From NCBI GenBank assembly GCA_905234515.1, contig CAJOIN010000004.1:1027-62304 (forward strand): DNA of 61,278 nt, read 5' to 3'. Source of the DNA: an uncultured Selenomonas sp. (GTDB taxonomy: Bacteria; Bacillota; Negativicutes; Selenomonadales; Selenomonadaceae). Shown here piece after piece: positions 43,470 through 54,477 of the stretch. Each line of letters opens with the position of its first letter. Position 1 is the first letter of the stretch. The notes under the pieces are model-generated. The model was not told where the DNA came from, did no database searches, and saw only the letters and a program-made list of their open reading frames with translations. Both the position numbers and the translations under genes were made by a program.

Positions 43470-44426
43470 TCAGTTTGCCAGGGCCGGAGGCAAATCTCCC
43501 GTATAGGCCTTGCCCCCCATGGTTGGGCCGCCTGTAGAGGAAACTCCCCCGTCATCGGTGCCGCCAATACTGCTGTCAGCAGTGGAGCCCATGGAAGACA
43601 TGGTGCCTGTGGAAGGTATGTTGCCTGTAGCTTTTCCAGCAGGAGCGCCGTCTGCCCCGACTGCGCTTACACTGGCATTGGGATCAAAGCGGTAGTTCCG
43701 GGCTATAAAAACTTCTACCCGGCGGTTCTGCTGCCTGCCCTCATCAGTGTCATTGGAAGCAATGGGCCTGTACTCACTGTAGCCCACCGCACTGAAGCGC
43801 CTGGGGTTCAGCCTGTTATCCTGGGAGATAATATACTTCATGAAATTCAAGGCACGGCTGGAAGAAAGCTCCCAGTTAGATGGGAACTGGGCCGTGTTAA
43901 TGGGCACATTGTCCGTATGGCCGGAGATGACCACACGCTCTGGCAAGGTTGCCAAAAGACCAGCTATCACCGGGGCAATCTTCTGAGCTTCCCCCACCAG
44001 CTGGGCAGACCCGGAGGGGAACAAGGCCCGTTCCTTGATGCGTATCATCAGCCCGTCCTCGGAAAGCTCAGTGGTGAGCTTATCTTTAAGGTTATTGGCT
44101 TCTATATATTCCTCCATCTGCCTCTGCACCTGCTCAAGATTCTGGTTTTCCTGGATATATGCGGAATTCCCCAAATCCTCATCGCTGGGCATCTCCGCCC
44201 GACGCCCTGGGTTAGGCCCCATGGCATCAAAGAAGGATGGACCGCCGGAATTGAAAGCCGCCGTAAAAGCTTGCGCCATCTGCTTCAATTTCGTCTGATC
44301 TGTCTGGGAAATAGCGAAAAGCGCGATAAAAAGTGCCAGCAGGAGGGTCATCAGGTCGGAATAAGGCAGGAGCCAGGGCTCACCTTCATGCTCTTCATGA
44401 GGCGGCTGACGTTTCTTCTTAGCCAT
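43470..44426 (-). CDS. motB: flagellar motor stator protein MotB
   Basis: WLLPYSDLMTLLLALF, GHTD, NWELS, NRRVE. Confidence 0.95.
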   Translation of the reverse strand: MAKKKRQPPHEEHEGEPWLLPYSDLMTLLLALFIALFAISQTDQTKLKQMAQAFTAAFNSGGPSFFDAMGPNPGRRAEMPSDEDLGNSAYIQENQNLEQVQRQMEEYIEANNLKDKLTTELSEDGLMIRIKERALFPSGSAQLVGEAQKIAPVIAGLLATLPERVVISGHTDNVPINTAQFPSNWELSSSRALNFMKYIISQDNRLNPRRFSAVGYSEYRPIASNDTDEGRQQNRRVEVFIARNYRFDPNASVSAVGADGAPAGKATGNIPSTGTMSSMGSTADSSIGGTDDGGVSSTGGPTMGGKAYTGDLPPALAN

Positions 44427-44430
44427 CAAA

Positions 44431-45204
44431 TCACTCCTTCTTCAAGCCTTCCCTCTCGGACTGAGGAATGAACACCATCAGTTTAGCTTCGATGGCCGTA
44501 GGAGAATCACCGGCCTGCAGGGAAAGGATACCCTCGATAATCATACGCTTCTCGCTAACCTCTGCCTTGGACAAAAGCTTCAGTTTATTGGCCATGGGCA
44601 GATAAACAACGTATGCGGTGAAAATACCCAGGATGGTTGCCACGAATGCTGCTGCAATAGCGTGGCCCAACTTATTGATATCGTTCAGATTGCCCAGAGC
44701 TGCGATAAGGCCGATAACGGCGCCAAGCACGCCCAGAGTAGGAGCATACAGACCTGCCTGCTCCAGCATGGCACGTCCTTCGGCATGGCGTTCCTGCATA
44801 ACCGCCAGTTCTGCATCAAGCACGTCACTGACAAACTCCGGGTCCATACCGTCAATGACCATGCCCAGGCCGGTGCGGAAGAAGGGGTCTTCTATCTCCT
44901 GCACCTTGCTTTCAAGAGCCAGGATACCTTCACGGCGAGCAATCTGTGACAGCTCTATAAACATATTAAGGAGTTCTGCTTTTTCATGAAGGGCAGGCTT
45001 AAAATAAACCATCTTGACTATCTTAGGCAAGGATTTAAGCTGCTTCATGTTGAAAGCAGTGAACAAGCAGGAAAAGGTCCCGCAGATGATGATCAGGAAT
45101 GCTGCCGGGTTATTCAGCGAGCTAATCGGCGCTCCTTTGATGATCATACCCACAAAGACGGAAATCAGACCGCCTACTGCGCCTATGACTGTTGACATTT
45201 CCAA
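44431..45204 (-). CDS. motA: flagellar motor stator protein MotA
   Basis: ARREGILALE, APTLGVLGAVIGL, AFVAT. Confidence 0.95.
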   Translation of the reverse strand: MEMSTVIGAVGGLISVFVGMIIKGAPISSLNNPAAFLIIICGTFSCLFTAFNMKQLKSLPKIVKMVYFKPALHEKAELLNMFIELSQIARREGILALESKVQEIEDPFFRTGLGMVIDGMDPEFVSDVLDAELAVMQERHAEGRAMLEQAGLYAPTLGVLGAVIGLIAALGNLNDINKLGHAIAAAFVATILGIFTAYVVYLPMANKLKLLSKAEVSEKRMIIEGILSLQAGDSPTAIEAKLMVFIPQSEREGLKKE

Positions 45205-45280
45205 GATAAAAGCCCCCCTAACCTTCTGTGTCTATTGAAGGAACATCATCCAAGCGTTGTCTTATTTATGCCTACCTGTA

Positions 45281-45310
45281 TAATTCCTTGCAAAGCACAA
45301 AAATCCTACT
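45281..45310 (-). promoter_or_regulatory. putative sigma-H-like promoter for motAB
   Basis: AGGA-N15-AGGAATT. Confidence 0.4.
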
Positions 45311-45436
45311 TGGGAAGCAGAAAAAATTTTTTTACGGCAATAATAATTTTTTGTTATTATATCATTTATGCGTTAAAAATATGATATAATAGGTTAAGAT
45401 AAAAGCGATTTATGTTCTAAAGAAAGAAGCGATTGC

Positions 45437-46324
45437 ATGGAACTGAGACAACTCGAGTATTTCCAGATGGCCAGCCGTCTGCGAAATATCACCAGGGCCG
45501 CGGAAAGGCTGCGTGTTTCCCAGCCAAACATCACGGTCGCTATCAAGAAGCTGGAGGCCGAGCTCGGCATCCAGCTTTTCGACAGGAGCCAGAAACAGCT
45601 GTCCCTGACTCCGGAAGGTGCGGTCTTCCTGAACCGCATTGAACTGGCCCTGCGGAACATCCAGGATGCTGTGCTGGAGGTCAACGACTACAAACAGCTC
45701 CAGAAAGGCACCATCAAGATAGGCATACCTCCCATGATGGGAGCCTACCTTTTCCCCAAGATTTTCTCCAGCTTCCAGAAAAAGTATTCCCATTTGGAAA
45801 TCTTTCTTCATGAGGAAGCCTCCATGTCCATCCGGGAACAGCTGGAACGTGACGAACTGGATTTCGGCATCATCATCATCTCAGGAGCTTCCCACAACCT
45901 GCAGCTCCTGCCCATGTCCAGGAACCAGATTGTCTGCTGTGTGCCGGAAAACAGTCCCCTGGCCAAGAAAAAAGCCATCAGCCTCCAGGATGTGGCAGAC
46001 TCCAGCATGGTCATGCTGAAGGAAGGTTCCTTCCTGCGCCAGCTGATTTTGGGCAAACTGGAAGAAGCTGATGTCAAGCCAAACATCGTGCTGGAATCCA
46101 ACCAGGTGGGCACCCTGAAGGGCCTGGTAGCCTCCGGGGTGGGTCTAGCCTTCCTGCTGGACATGGTGGTAGAAGGCACTCCGGGCGTGAAAGCCATCCC
46201 CCTGGCAGAGCCCCTCTTCGTGGATGTGGGGCTGGCCTGGAAGAAGAACCGCTATATCTCTAAAGCAGCCCAGTCCTTCATAGACTTCTGCAGGGAAATA
46301 CTAAAACAGAAAAGTGACGCATAA
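45437..46324 (+). CDS. LysR-family transcriptional regulator
   Basis: MELRQLEYF...ITRAAERLRVSQP...LEAELG..LFDR. Confidence 0.96.
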   Translation: MELRQLEYFQMASRLRNITRAAERLRVSQPNITVAIKKLEAELGIQLFDRSQKQLSLTPEGAVFLNRIELALRNIQDAVLEVNDYKQLQKGTIKIGIPPMMGAYLFPKIFSSFQKKYSHLEIFLHEEASMSIREQLERDELDFGIIIISGASHNLQLLPMSRNQIVCCVPENSPLAKKKAISLQDVADSSMVMLKEGSFLRQLILGKLEEADVKPNIVLESNQVGTLKGLVASGVGLAFLLDMVVEGTPGVKAIPLAEPLFVDVGLAWKKNRYISKAAQSFIDFCREILKQKSDA

Positions 46325-46366
46325 TAAAAAATAACTGTTGCACCTAGATGCAACAGTCATTTTTTT
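46325..46366. terminator. bidirectional terminator
   Basis: actgttgca/tgcaacagt stem flanked by A- and T-tracts. Confidence 0.75.
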
Positions 46367-46386
46367 ATTCATTTTGAAGTTATTTC

Positions 46387-47757
46387 TTAGTAAAGAATAT
46401 GTGCCAGCACATAGCCTACGCAGCAACCGGAACCGACGCCGATGAGGCCCGGGATCATGAAGCTGTGGTTCAGAATGTACTTGCCGATGCGAGTGGTACC
46501 GGAACGGTCAAACCCGATGCAAGCCAGGTCGGAAGGATAGGTGGGCAGGAAGAAGTAACCATAGCAGGCGGAAATGAAGGACAGAACCAGTACGGGGTCC
46601 ATGCCAACATTCAGGGCCATGGGCACCACGATGGCAATAGCTGCGCCCTGGGAGTTCACCAGCTTGGAGGTGAGGAAGGCCAGCACTGCGTAAGCCCAGG
46701 GATAAGCCTGCACTGCATTGCCCAGGAATTCCTTCAGGAAAGCCATGTGATGCTGGAAGAAAGTATCTGCCATCCAGGCAACACCATAAACGGACACCAG
46801 AGCCACGACACCGGAGCGGAACACCTGGCTGTTGCCTACTTCCTTGGCTTTGACCTTGCAAGTGCTAAGGATAACGGCAGCCACAAAGAGCATAACCATC
46901 TGGATGACCTGCACCATGGAGATGGCCTTCATGGTTCCCTTGGCATCGGGGAATTTCGGCAGGATATCGCCAAAGAAAGGAATATATTGGGCAATCAGCT
47001 TGGCATTACCCAAAATAGCGATAACCACAATACCCGTCAGGAAGATGTACATGGCACGGTAGTATTCCTTGGGCAGTTCCTTGTCCAGGAGGCTTTCCGT
47101 ATCACCATATACATAAGCCTTGTTCTCGGGGTCCTTGATGAATTCCTGGAAGCGCTCATCGTCTTCCAATTCCTTGCCGCGACGGTAGCTCCAAAGAGCT
47201 GCGAAGAAAACGCCAAGGCCGGTGGCAGGAATGGAGACCATCAGCACCTGAACCAAGGAGAACTCACTGCCTGCCGCTGCCAGGAAAGCCACGATGGACA
47301 CCACCGCCACGGAAGCGGGAGAAGCGCAGATACCCATCTGGGAGGCTACGGAAGCCACTGCCATGGGGCGCTCGGGACGGATGTTCTGCTTGATAGCCAC
47401 ATCGTAAATGATGGGGAACAGGGTGTAAACCGCATGTCCCGTGCCGCAGAGGATGGTCAGGAACCAGGTGGTGAGAGGTGCCAGAATGGTGACATACTTC
47501 GGATGACCTCTCAAAAGCTTCTCAGCATACTTCAGCATGACCGTCAGGCCACCGGAGGTCTGCAGGAAGCCAGCGCAGGTAACCACCGCCATGATGATGA
47601 GCATAACATCCACAGGCGGCTTGCCAGGCTGATACCTGAAAATAAACGTAAAGATAAGCAGACCGATACCACTGATAACTGCCAGGCCGATGCCGCCGTG
47701 ACGGACACCGACTACCAGGCAGGCCAGCAGCACAATAAAACCTAGTAGCATTTCCAT
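46387..47757 (-). CDS. anaerobic C4-dicarboxylate transporter (DcuA/DcuB family)
   Basis: CGTGH, IRPERP, LPTYPSD, FDRSGTTRIGKY, NHSF. Confidence 0.93.
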   Translation of the reverse strand: MEMLLGFIVLLACLVVGVRHGGIGLAVISGIGLLIFTFIFRYQPGKPPVDVMLIIMAVVTCAGFLQTSGGLTVMLKYAEKLLRGHPKYVTILAPLTTWFLTILCGTGHAVYTLFPIIYDVAIKQNIRPERPMAVASVASQMGICASPASVAVVSIVAFLAAAGSEFSLVQVLMVSIPATGLGVFFAALWSYRRGKELEDDERFQEFIKDPENKAYVYGDTESLLDKELPKEYYRAMYIFLTGIVVIAILGNAKLIAQYIPFFGDILPKFPDAKGTMKAISMVQVIQMVMLFVAAVILSTCKVKAKEVGNSQVFRSGVVALVSVYGVAWMADTFFQHHMAFLKEFLGNAVQAYPWAYAVLAFLTSKLVNSQGAAIAIVVPMALNVGMDPVLVLSFISACYGYFFLPTYPSDLACIGFDRSGTTRIGKYILNHSFMIPGLIGVGSGCCVGYVLAHILY

Positions 47758-47810
47758 AAATCTTTCTCCCCTTCTTACTCAACGCTACACAAAAGATAAT
47801 TCCTTGCCCT

Positions 47811-47840
47811 GCTATTTCGCCACAAATGTCCTATTTCCTG
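47811..47840 (-). promoter_or_regulatory. putative sigma-H-like promoter for the dcu gene
   Basis: CAGGA-N15-GCGAAAT. Confidence 0.5.
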
Positions 47841-48116
47841 CCTTTAGGCAGAAAACTTATAATTTTTCTTTAACGAACATCACAAGACAGCTTTCTGAAA
47901 ATACCCTGAATATTATACAACACGATTTATGGATAAGTAAATATCATTTATAAATAAATTTAATTTATATAATTATATTTTATTGTAACTTAAGTATAAT
48001 TAATCATAGTCATAATTAAAATATTATAGGGTATTGCAATACTATGCAATTATGTTATAATATCCCCAAAGTCCATTGAGAGTTATTCTTTTTTACCTGT
48101 TTTTAAGGAGGAACTT

Positions 48117-49349
48117 ATGGCAACCATCAATGATAATTACCTGAAACTCCCCGGCAGCTATCTCTTCGCTGAAATAGGCCGCCGTGTAGCCGCATATAAA
48201 GAAGCTCATCCCGAAGCTGACATCATCCGTCTGGGCATAGGCGATGTGACCCAGCCCCTTCCCCCTGCCTGCATCGAAGCCATGCACAAGGCTGTGGACG
48301 AACTGGCCAAGGCAGAGACCTTTAGGGGCTACGGCCCGGAGCAGGGCTACACCTTTTTGACGGAAGCCATCCTCAAGAACAACTATGAGCCCTACGGCCT
48401 TCACTTCGGCACTGATGAAATCTTTGTCAGCGACGGCTCCAAGAGCGACTGCGGCAACATCCAGGAAATTTTTGGCCTGGCAAACAAAGTTGCCATCACC
48501 GACCCTGTGTACCCCGTCTACCTGGATACCAATGTTATGGCGGGCCGCACAGGGGAGCTGCAGGAGGACGGCCATTTCGCAGGTGTGGTTTACCTGCCCT
48601 GCAACGCTGAAAACAACTTTGCCCCGGAACTGCCCAAAGAGCATGTGGATATGATTTACCTCTGCTGCCCCAACAACCCCACGGGCACCACCCTCTCCCA
48701 CGCTGAACTGAAGAAATGGGTGGACTACGCCAAGAAAGAAGATGCCGTCATCCTCTTTGATGCCGCTTATGCCGCCTATATCACGGAAGATGATGTGCCC
48801 CGTACCATCTATGAGATTGAAGGCGCCACCAAGGTGGCCATTGAGTTCCGTTCTTTCTCCAAGACAGCAGGTTTCACTGGTACCCGCTGCGGCTATACCA
48901 TCATCCCCAAGGGAGTAACGGGCAAGGCTGCCGACGGCAGCCGGGTGGACTTCAACCGCCTTTGGAACCGCCGCCATACCACTAAGTTCAACGGCACAGC
49001 CTACATCGTGCAGCGCGGCGCTGCCGCCATCTACACCGAAGCAGGCAAGGTCCAGGTAAAGGAAACCATCGCCTATTATATGGAGAATGCCCGCCTGATT
49101 CGAGAGGGTCTCAAGGCCGCCGGCCTTGAAGCATACGGCGGTGTCAACGCCCCCTATATCTGGCTCAGGACTCCCCATAACATGCCCTCCTGGGACTTCT
49201 TTGACAAACTTCTCACCGAAGTGAACATTGTCGGTACCCCCGGAGCAGGCTTCGGCCCCTGCGGCGAAAACTACTTCCGTCTCACCGCCTTCGGCGACAG
49301 GGAAAATACCCTGAGGGCCGTGGAGCGTATCAAGACGCTGAAATTCTGA
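48117..49349 (+). CDS. dapL: LL-diaminopimelate aminotransferase
   Basis: [36 protein letters not shown]. Confidence 0.96.
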   Translation: MATINDNYLKLPGSYLFAEIGRRVAAYKEAHPEADIIRLGIGDVTQPLPPACIEAMHKAVDELAKAETFRGYGPEQGYTFLTEAILKNNYEPYGLHFGTDEIFVSDGSKSDCGNIQEIFGLANKVAITDPVYPVYLDTNVMAGRTGELQEDGHFAGVVYLPCNAENNFAPELPKEHVDMIYLCCPNNPTGTTLSHAELKKWVDYAKKEDAVILFDAAYAAYITEDDVPRTIYEIEGATKVAIEFRSFSKTAGFTGTRCGYTIIPKGVTGKAADGSRVDFNRLWNRRHTTKFNGTAYIVQRGAAAIYTEAGKVQVKETIAYYMENARLIREGLKAAGLEAYGGVNAPYIWLRTPHNMPSWDFFDKLLTEVNIVGTPGAGFGPCGENYFRLTAFGDRENTLRAVERIKTLKF

Positions 49350-49374
49350 TTCCCCATATTCCCCATAAGATTGG

Positions 49375-49414
49375 AATTGCCCCCTTCCAGCTCACCGCCG
49401 GAAGGGGGCAATTC
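49375..49414. terminator. terminator between dapL and the convergent gene
   Basis: gaattgcccccttcc/ggaagggggcaattc stem. Confidence 0.75.
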
Positions 49415-49437
49415 TTATCTGCAAATGTAAATAATCC

Positions 49438-49800
49438 TCAATGCAAAAGCTGCTGTATCAGCCAGAAGGCCACTGCCGCCCCTGCCACTACCACCAATAC
49501 CGGCAGGATAAAACTGATAAACAGGACAGCTATGGCCGCCACACCAACCAAGGCTGCTATCCTCACCAGGCGGGTACGCCAGTCAGTCCCGAATAGCAGG
49601 CTGGTAAGGCTAAGGCCTCGGGAAAAAGGTGAATGGCCGGAGTAGACCCGATAATATCTTGGGCGCTCCCCATCACTTTCCTGATGGTAGGGCCTGTCCC
49701 GGTTCTCAGCCTCGCCGCTGTCTGCATCTATGGTTACGCCCTCATAAGAGTTTTTCTCTGCATTGCTCAGTACCCTGACATTATCATTTTCTTCAGCCAT
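49438..49800 (-). CDS. hypothetical membrane protein
   Basis: RBS AAGGAGG; acidic N-terminus, long hydrophobic C-terminus. Confidence 0.7.
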   Translation of the reverse strand: MAEENDNVRVLSNAEKNSYEGVTIDADSGEAENRDRPYHQESDGERPRYYRVYSGHSPFSRGLSLTSLLFGTDWRTRLVRIAALVGVAAIAVLFISFILPVLVVVAGAAVAFWLIQQLLH

Positions 49801-49815
49801 TCTGCCCGCCTCCTT

Positions 49816-51231
49816 TTAAGAGTCCGCCCAGTCGATTCTTTCGCCTTTCTTTTCCTTTTCCACAACCTCACGCTGGAATTCAAAGCATTCATCTGCAATA
49901 TCATTGGAAAGCCACAAGAGACAGATAAGGTTCGGTATGGCCATGAGGCCGTTCATGGTATCGGAAAAGTTCCAAACCACTTCCAGGGTAGTGGTGGCAC
50001 CCACAAAGGTGATAGCACCGAAAAGAACCCGGTAGCTCATGATGACTTTGCGGTTCTTGATGAGGTACTCCAGGGCCTTCTCGCCATAATACTCCCAGCC
50101 CAAAATGGTAGAGAAAGCAAAGAGAGCCAGGGAAATGGAAATCACCAGCTTGCCGTACTCACCGAAGACCGTGGAGAAGGCCAGAATGGTGAGCTGGGCT
50201 CCGGAAACCGGCGCCCCGGTGGCGGGATCAAGGGTGCCCAAAAGGCCGGAGGAAGCAATGACCAGTCCCGTCAGCATGCAGACAATCATGGTGTCGAAAA
50301 AGGTACCAGTCATATTGACATAGCCCTGACGGGAAGCATGGTCCGTGCGGGCAGCAGCTGCCGCAATGGGAGCAGACCCCAGGCCGGCCTCGTTGGAGAA
50401 CACCCCACGAGCCACGCCCCAGCGCATGGAGGTGAGCATGGAGGCCACAATGGAGCCTCCCACGCCGCCGGCCACGGAATCAAAGGAGAAGGCCATGCGG
50501 AACATTTCTGCCACGCCGGCCGGCACCGCTTCAAAGTTCACAATGATGACAATCATGGCAGCCACAAAGTAGAAAACCGCCATGGCGGGCACTACCACGC
50601 TTGATACCTTGCCGATGCTGCGAATGCCGTTAATAAGGGTAGCAATGGCAGCCACCATAATCACTGCGCCGGTAAGCCAGGTGGGCACCTCATAACTGGA
50701 GGAGAGCGCCGCAGCGATGGAATTGGCCTGAGTCATGTTGCCGATGCCAAAGGAGGCCAGCACCACGAAGGAGGCAAAGAGGGCTGCCAAAGTGCGCCCG
50801 ATAAACTTGTTGGAAAAGCCATGCTTCATGGCGTACATGGGGCCGCCGGCCATCTCCCCCACGCTGTTGGTCTCACGATACTTCACTGCCAGCACGGACT
50901 CGCCGTACTTGGTGGAAAGACCGAAGGCGGCGCTGATCCACATCCACACGAGAGCTCCCGGCCCGCCCAGCACCATAGCGGTGGCCACGCCTACGATATT
51001 ACCCGTACCCACCGTAGCGGACAGGGCAGTCATCAAGGACTGGAAGGGGGAAATATCCCCCTCATGGCTCTTTTTCTGGCGAAAAATCATTTTGATGGCA
51101 TACATCAGATTGAGCCAGGGCAGGAAACGCAGCCTTACTGTCAGAAAAACGCCGGTACCCACCAGCAGGGCCAGCATAATGGGGCCCCAGACAAAATCAT
51201 TTAAATCAGCTAAAAGCCTCGAAACATCCAT
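49816..51231 (-). CDS. alanine/glycine:cation symporter (AGCS family)
   Basis: TVGTGNI, GGPGALVWMW, FSNEAGLGS. Confidence 0.95.
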   Translation of the reverse strand: MDVSRLLADLNDFVWGPIMLALLVGTGVFLTVRLRFLPWLNLMYAIKMIFRQKKSHEGDISPFQSLMTALSATVGTGNIVGVATAMVLGGPGALVWMWISAAFGLSTKYGESVLAVKYRETNSVGEMAGGPMYAMKHGFSNKFIGRTLAALFASFVVLASFGIGNMTQANSIAAALSSSYEVPTWLTGAVIMVAAIATLINGIRSIGKVSSVVVPAMAVFYFVAAMIVIIVNFEAVPAGVAEMFRMAFSFDSVAGGVGGSIVASMLTSMRWGVARGVFSNEAGLGSAPIAAAAARTDHASRQGYVNMTGTFFDTMIVCMLTGLVIASSGLLGTLDPATGAPVSGAQLTILAFSTVFGEYGKLVISISLALFAFSTILGWEYYGEKALEYLIKNRKVIMSYRVLFGAITFVGATTTLEVVWNFSDTMNGLMAIPNLICLLWLSNDIADECFEFQREVVEKEKKGERIDWADS

Positions 51232-51247
51232 ATAAATTTCCCCTTTC

Positions 51248-52639
51248 TCATGCTTCCTTCAGGAAAGCCTTATATCCCTTCCACACTTCATAGATATCCA
51301 CCTTGCTGGTGGCTTCCCAGGGCGCATGCATGGAGAGCACACCCACCCCGCTGTCAATGACCTGCATCCCATACAAGCTCATGATGTAGGCAATGGTGCC
51401 GCCGCCTCCCAGGTCCACCTTGCCCAGCTCGGCCAGCTGAAAATGCACATTGTGTTTTTTCATGATGCGGCGGATTTCTCCCAGATACTCCGCATTGGCA
51501 TCATTGGAGCCGGACTTGCCCCGAGCGCCGGTGAATTTATTGAACACCATGCCCTTGCCCAGGTAGGCCACGTTCTTTTTGTCAAAAGAACCTGCATAAA
51601 GGGCATCATAGGCACTGGACACATCAGAGGAAAGCATCTTGGAACCCGCCAAAGTGCGGCGCAGGGCCAAATCCCCGCCTGCCCCCATGGCCGCCAAAAG
51701 CTCTGCCACAACATTTTCAAAGAAGCGGGACTGCATACCCGTAGCGCCTACACTGCCTATTTCCTCCTTGTCCACCAGCAGGCAGCAGGAAGTGCGCTTC
51801 ACACTCTCCGTTTCCAGCATGGCCATCAGGGAAGTGTAGGAGCAAACCCGGTCATCCTGACCGTAGGCCAGCACCATGCTGCGGTCAAACCCCAACTCCC
51901 TGGCCCTGCCGGCAGGCACCAGGGCCAGCTCAGCAGACTGGAAATCCTCTTCCTCAAGACCATACTTGTCCTTGATAAGCTTCAGAACCCCGGCCTTCAC
52001 GGACTCCTTTTCCCCTTCCTTCAAGGGGTAGTTGCCCACCAAAATATCAAGGCTCTCGCCTTCCACTACCTTGGCGCCAGCCTTCTTCAACTGCTCCTGG
52101 GACAGGTGGACCAACAGGTCAGTGACACAGAACACTGGGTCATTGTCATCCTCACCGATGCAAATCTCCACCACTTCGCCGTCTGCCTTGGCCACCACAC
52201 CATGGAGAGCCAGGGGCAGGGCCACCCACTGATACTTCTTGATGCCGCCGTAGTAGTGAGTGTCAAGATAGGCCATTCCCCCATCCTCATAAAGGGGGTT
52301 CTGCTTCACATCCAGACGGCAGGTATCTATATGGGCCCCCAAAATATTCATGCCCTGTTCCAGGGGTTCCTCGCCGATATTGAATAGCGCCACGGCTTTC
52401 TTCATGTTCAAGGCATACAGCTTGTCCCCTGGTTTTACCTGCACACCTGATTTGATGACCTCATAAAGGTTGCGGTAGCCAGCCTCTTCTGCTTTACGGA
52501 CAGCCTCTGCTGCGCTCTCCCTCTCTGTCTTGCAACGGGAAAGAAAATCTATATAGCCTGCGGAGAGCTGCTCCAAAGCCTTTTTATCATCTTCAGTATA
52601 CTGGCTCCAGATGGAGTCCTTCTGTTTGTCTTCAGCCAT
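51248..52639 (-). CDS. M18-family aminopeptidase
   Basis: GAHID, YYGGIKKYQW, GQDDR, DKEEIGS, SMHAP. Confidence 0.93.
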   Translation of the reverse strand: MAEDKQKDSIWSQYTEDDKKALEQLSAGYIDFLSRCKTERESAAEAVRKAEEAGYRNLYEVIKSGVQVKPGDKLYALNMKKAVALFNIGEEPLEQGMNILGAHIDTCRLDVKQNPLYEDGGMAYLDTHYYGGIKKYQWVALPLALHGVVAKADGEVVEICIGEDDNDPVFCVTDLLVHLSQEQLKKAGAKVVEGESLDILVGNYPLKEGEKESVKAGVLKLIKDKYGLEEEDFQSAELALVPAGRARELGFDRSMVLAYGQDDRVCSYTSLMAMLETESVKRTSCCLLVDKEEIGSVGATGMQSRFFENVVAELLAAMGAGGDLALRRTLAGSKMLSSDVSSAYDALYAGSFDKKNVAYLGKGMVFNKFTGARGKSGSNDANAEYLGEIRRIMKKHNVHFQLAELGKVDLGGGGTIAYIMSLYGMQVIDSGVGVLSMHAPWEATSKVDIYEVWKGYKAFLKEA

Positions 52640-52678
52640 AAAAAACATCCTTTCGTATGTCATAGTCATGGGTATATA

Positions 52679-53650
52679 TCACTTTAGATGCTCTTCCAGG
52701 ATTATTTCAAAATCCTTGCGGGTAGTAGCACGATTGAACTTGTCCCGAAGCACTGCCCCGTGGGTAATGCCCCTGGTATACCAGGTGGCATGCTTGCGCA
52801 TTTCCCTGGGACCGATATAGTCGCCCTTGTACTTCAAAAGCAAATCAAGATGGCGCATAATGACCTCTGCCCGCTCCTGCATGGTGGGGGGAGGAAGCTC
52901 CTCCCCAGTGGCCAGATAATGGGTCATGCGCTTGAAAATCCAGGGATTGCCCTGAGCTCCGCGGCCAATCATGACCCCATCAGCCCCGGTGACCTCCAAA
53001 ATTTTCTTCAGGTCAGCACAGGTGCGCACATCACCATTGGCTATGACTGGAATAGAAACTGCCTGCTTCACCTCGGCAATTTTTTGCCAGTCGGCCTGTC
53101 CTGCATAGAACTGGGCCCTGGTGCGGCCATGGACAGCGATGGCATCCACCCCCGCCTTCTCAGCCAGCTTGGCCAGCTCCACTGCATTGATATTTTCCTC
53201 GTCCCAGCCCAGGCGCATTTTCACCGTGAAGGGCATCTTCACAGCCCTCCGCACCGCCTTCATAATGGCAAAGGCCCGCTCAGGGTCCCGCATCAGGGCA
53301 GAGCCCTCATGGTTTTTTACGATTTTAGGTGCCGGGCAACCCATGTTGAAATCAAGAATGTCAGAGGTGCCCCGGGCTTCCACAAAAGCTGCCGCTTCGG
53401 CTGCCATCTCGGGGGTGGCAGCAAAAATCTGCATGGCCAAAGGACGCTCCTCCGGCTCTGAGGCCAGCATGGAAAGAGTCTTTTCATTGCGGAAGTGTAT
53501 GCCCTGGCTGCTGACCATCTCCGCGTAGCAGAGGGGACAGCCCATATCATGGGCAATGATACGATAAGCCGTATCAGTCACTCCTGCCATTGGCGCCAGA
53601 AACACCGGCTGGTCAAAGTGAAAGCTGCCGATATCCATACCTGACTTCAC
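52679..53650 (-). CDS. dusB: tRNA-dihydrouridine synthase B
   Basis: [25 protein letters not shown]. Confidence 0.95.
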   Translation of the reverse strand: MKSGMDIGSFHFDQPVFLAPMAGVTDTAYRIIAHDMGCPLCYAEMVSSQGIHFRNEKTLSMLASEPEERPLAMQIFAATPEMAAEAAAFVEARGTSDILDFNMGCPAPKIVKNHEGSALMRDPERAFAIMKAVRRAVKMPFTVKMRLGWDEENINAVELAKLAEKAGVDAIAVHGRTRAQFYAGQADWQKIAEVKQAVSIPVIANGDVRTCADLKKILEVTGADGVMIGRGAQGNPWIFKRMTHYLATGEELPPPTMQERAEVIMRHLDLLLKYKGDYIGPREMRKHATWYTRGITHGAVLRDKFNRATTRKDFEIILEEHLK

Positions 53651-54456
53651 GGCTGTTCCTTCCTTTCCTGAACTGTCCTGCTTTCGCCCTTGTCATGGTT
53701 TCTCTCATAAAGGGCTCTCAGTCCCGTCAGGGTCAGGAAATGGTCAATCTTGTCAATAGTGGCAGACTCCCTGGCAATCATCCTTGCCAGGCCGCCGGTG
53801 GCTATGACCTTCACTTCGCAGCCCATCTCTTCCTTGATGCGCCGCACGATTTCATCTATCTGGCCCACATAGCCGTAAATGATGCCTGCCTGCATGCCCT
53901 GAATAGTATTGCGGCAGATGACCTGCTTAGGAGGAACCAGCTCAATGCGGGGCAGCTGGGCCGCCTGTTGGAAGAGAGCATCGGCGCTGGTGCCAATGCC
54001 CGGGGCAATAACGCCCCCCAGGAAATCACCATTTTCCGCCACCACATCAAAGGTAGTAGCAGTACCGATGTCTATGACAATCAAGGGACCGCCATACTGC
54101 TCATAAGCTCCCACCACATTCACGATACGGTCGGCACCGATGGCCCGTGGATTTTCATAGTGCAGCTTGATGCCCGTCTTGATGCCGGGCCCCACCACCA
54201 AGGGTTTCAGATGGAAATACCGCTCGCACATCTTCACCATAGGCACCACCAGGGGCGGCACCACAGACGAAATGATGATGGCCTTGATATCAGTCATCTT
54301 CAGTCCCTGATAGCGAAACAGGTCATTAAGGAGCATGCCGTACTCATCCCCGGTTTTCTGCCTGTCCGTGGAGATACGCCAATGCTTCACCAGGGTCTTG
54401 CCCTCATAGGTCCCCATTACCGTATTGGTATTGCCTATATCAAAAACTAACAGCAA
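53647..54456 (-). CDS. coaX: type III pantothenate kinase
   Basis: DIGNTN, SSVVP, GADR, DIGTATT, ATGG. Confidence 0.96.
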   Translation of the reverse strand: MLLVFDIGNTNTVMGTYEGKTLVKHWRISTDRQKTGDEYGMLLNDLFRYQGLKMTDIKAIIISSVVPPLVVPMVKMCERYFHLKPLVVGPGIKTGIKLHYENPRAIGADRIVNVVGAYEQYGGPLIVIDIGTATTFDVVAENGDFLGGVIAPGIGTSADALFQQAAQLPRIELVPPKQVICRNTIQGMQAGIIYGYVGQIDEIVRRIKEEMGCEVKVIATGGLARMIARESATIDKIDHFLTLTGLRALYERNHDKGESRTVQERKEQP

Positions 54457-54477
54457 ATTTATTTCCTCCCATAGGAA

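Noticed and set aside
47925-48060. AT-rich tract as a replication origin
   Set aside because: No DnaA-box cluster or dnaA context; better explained as a divergent promoter region.
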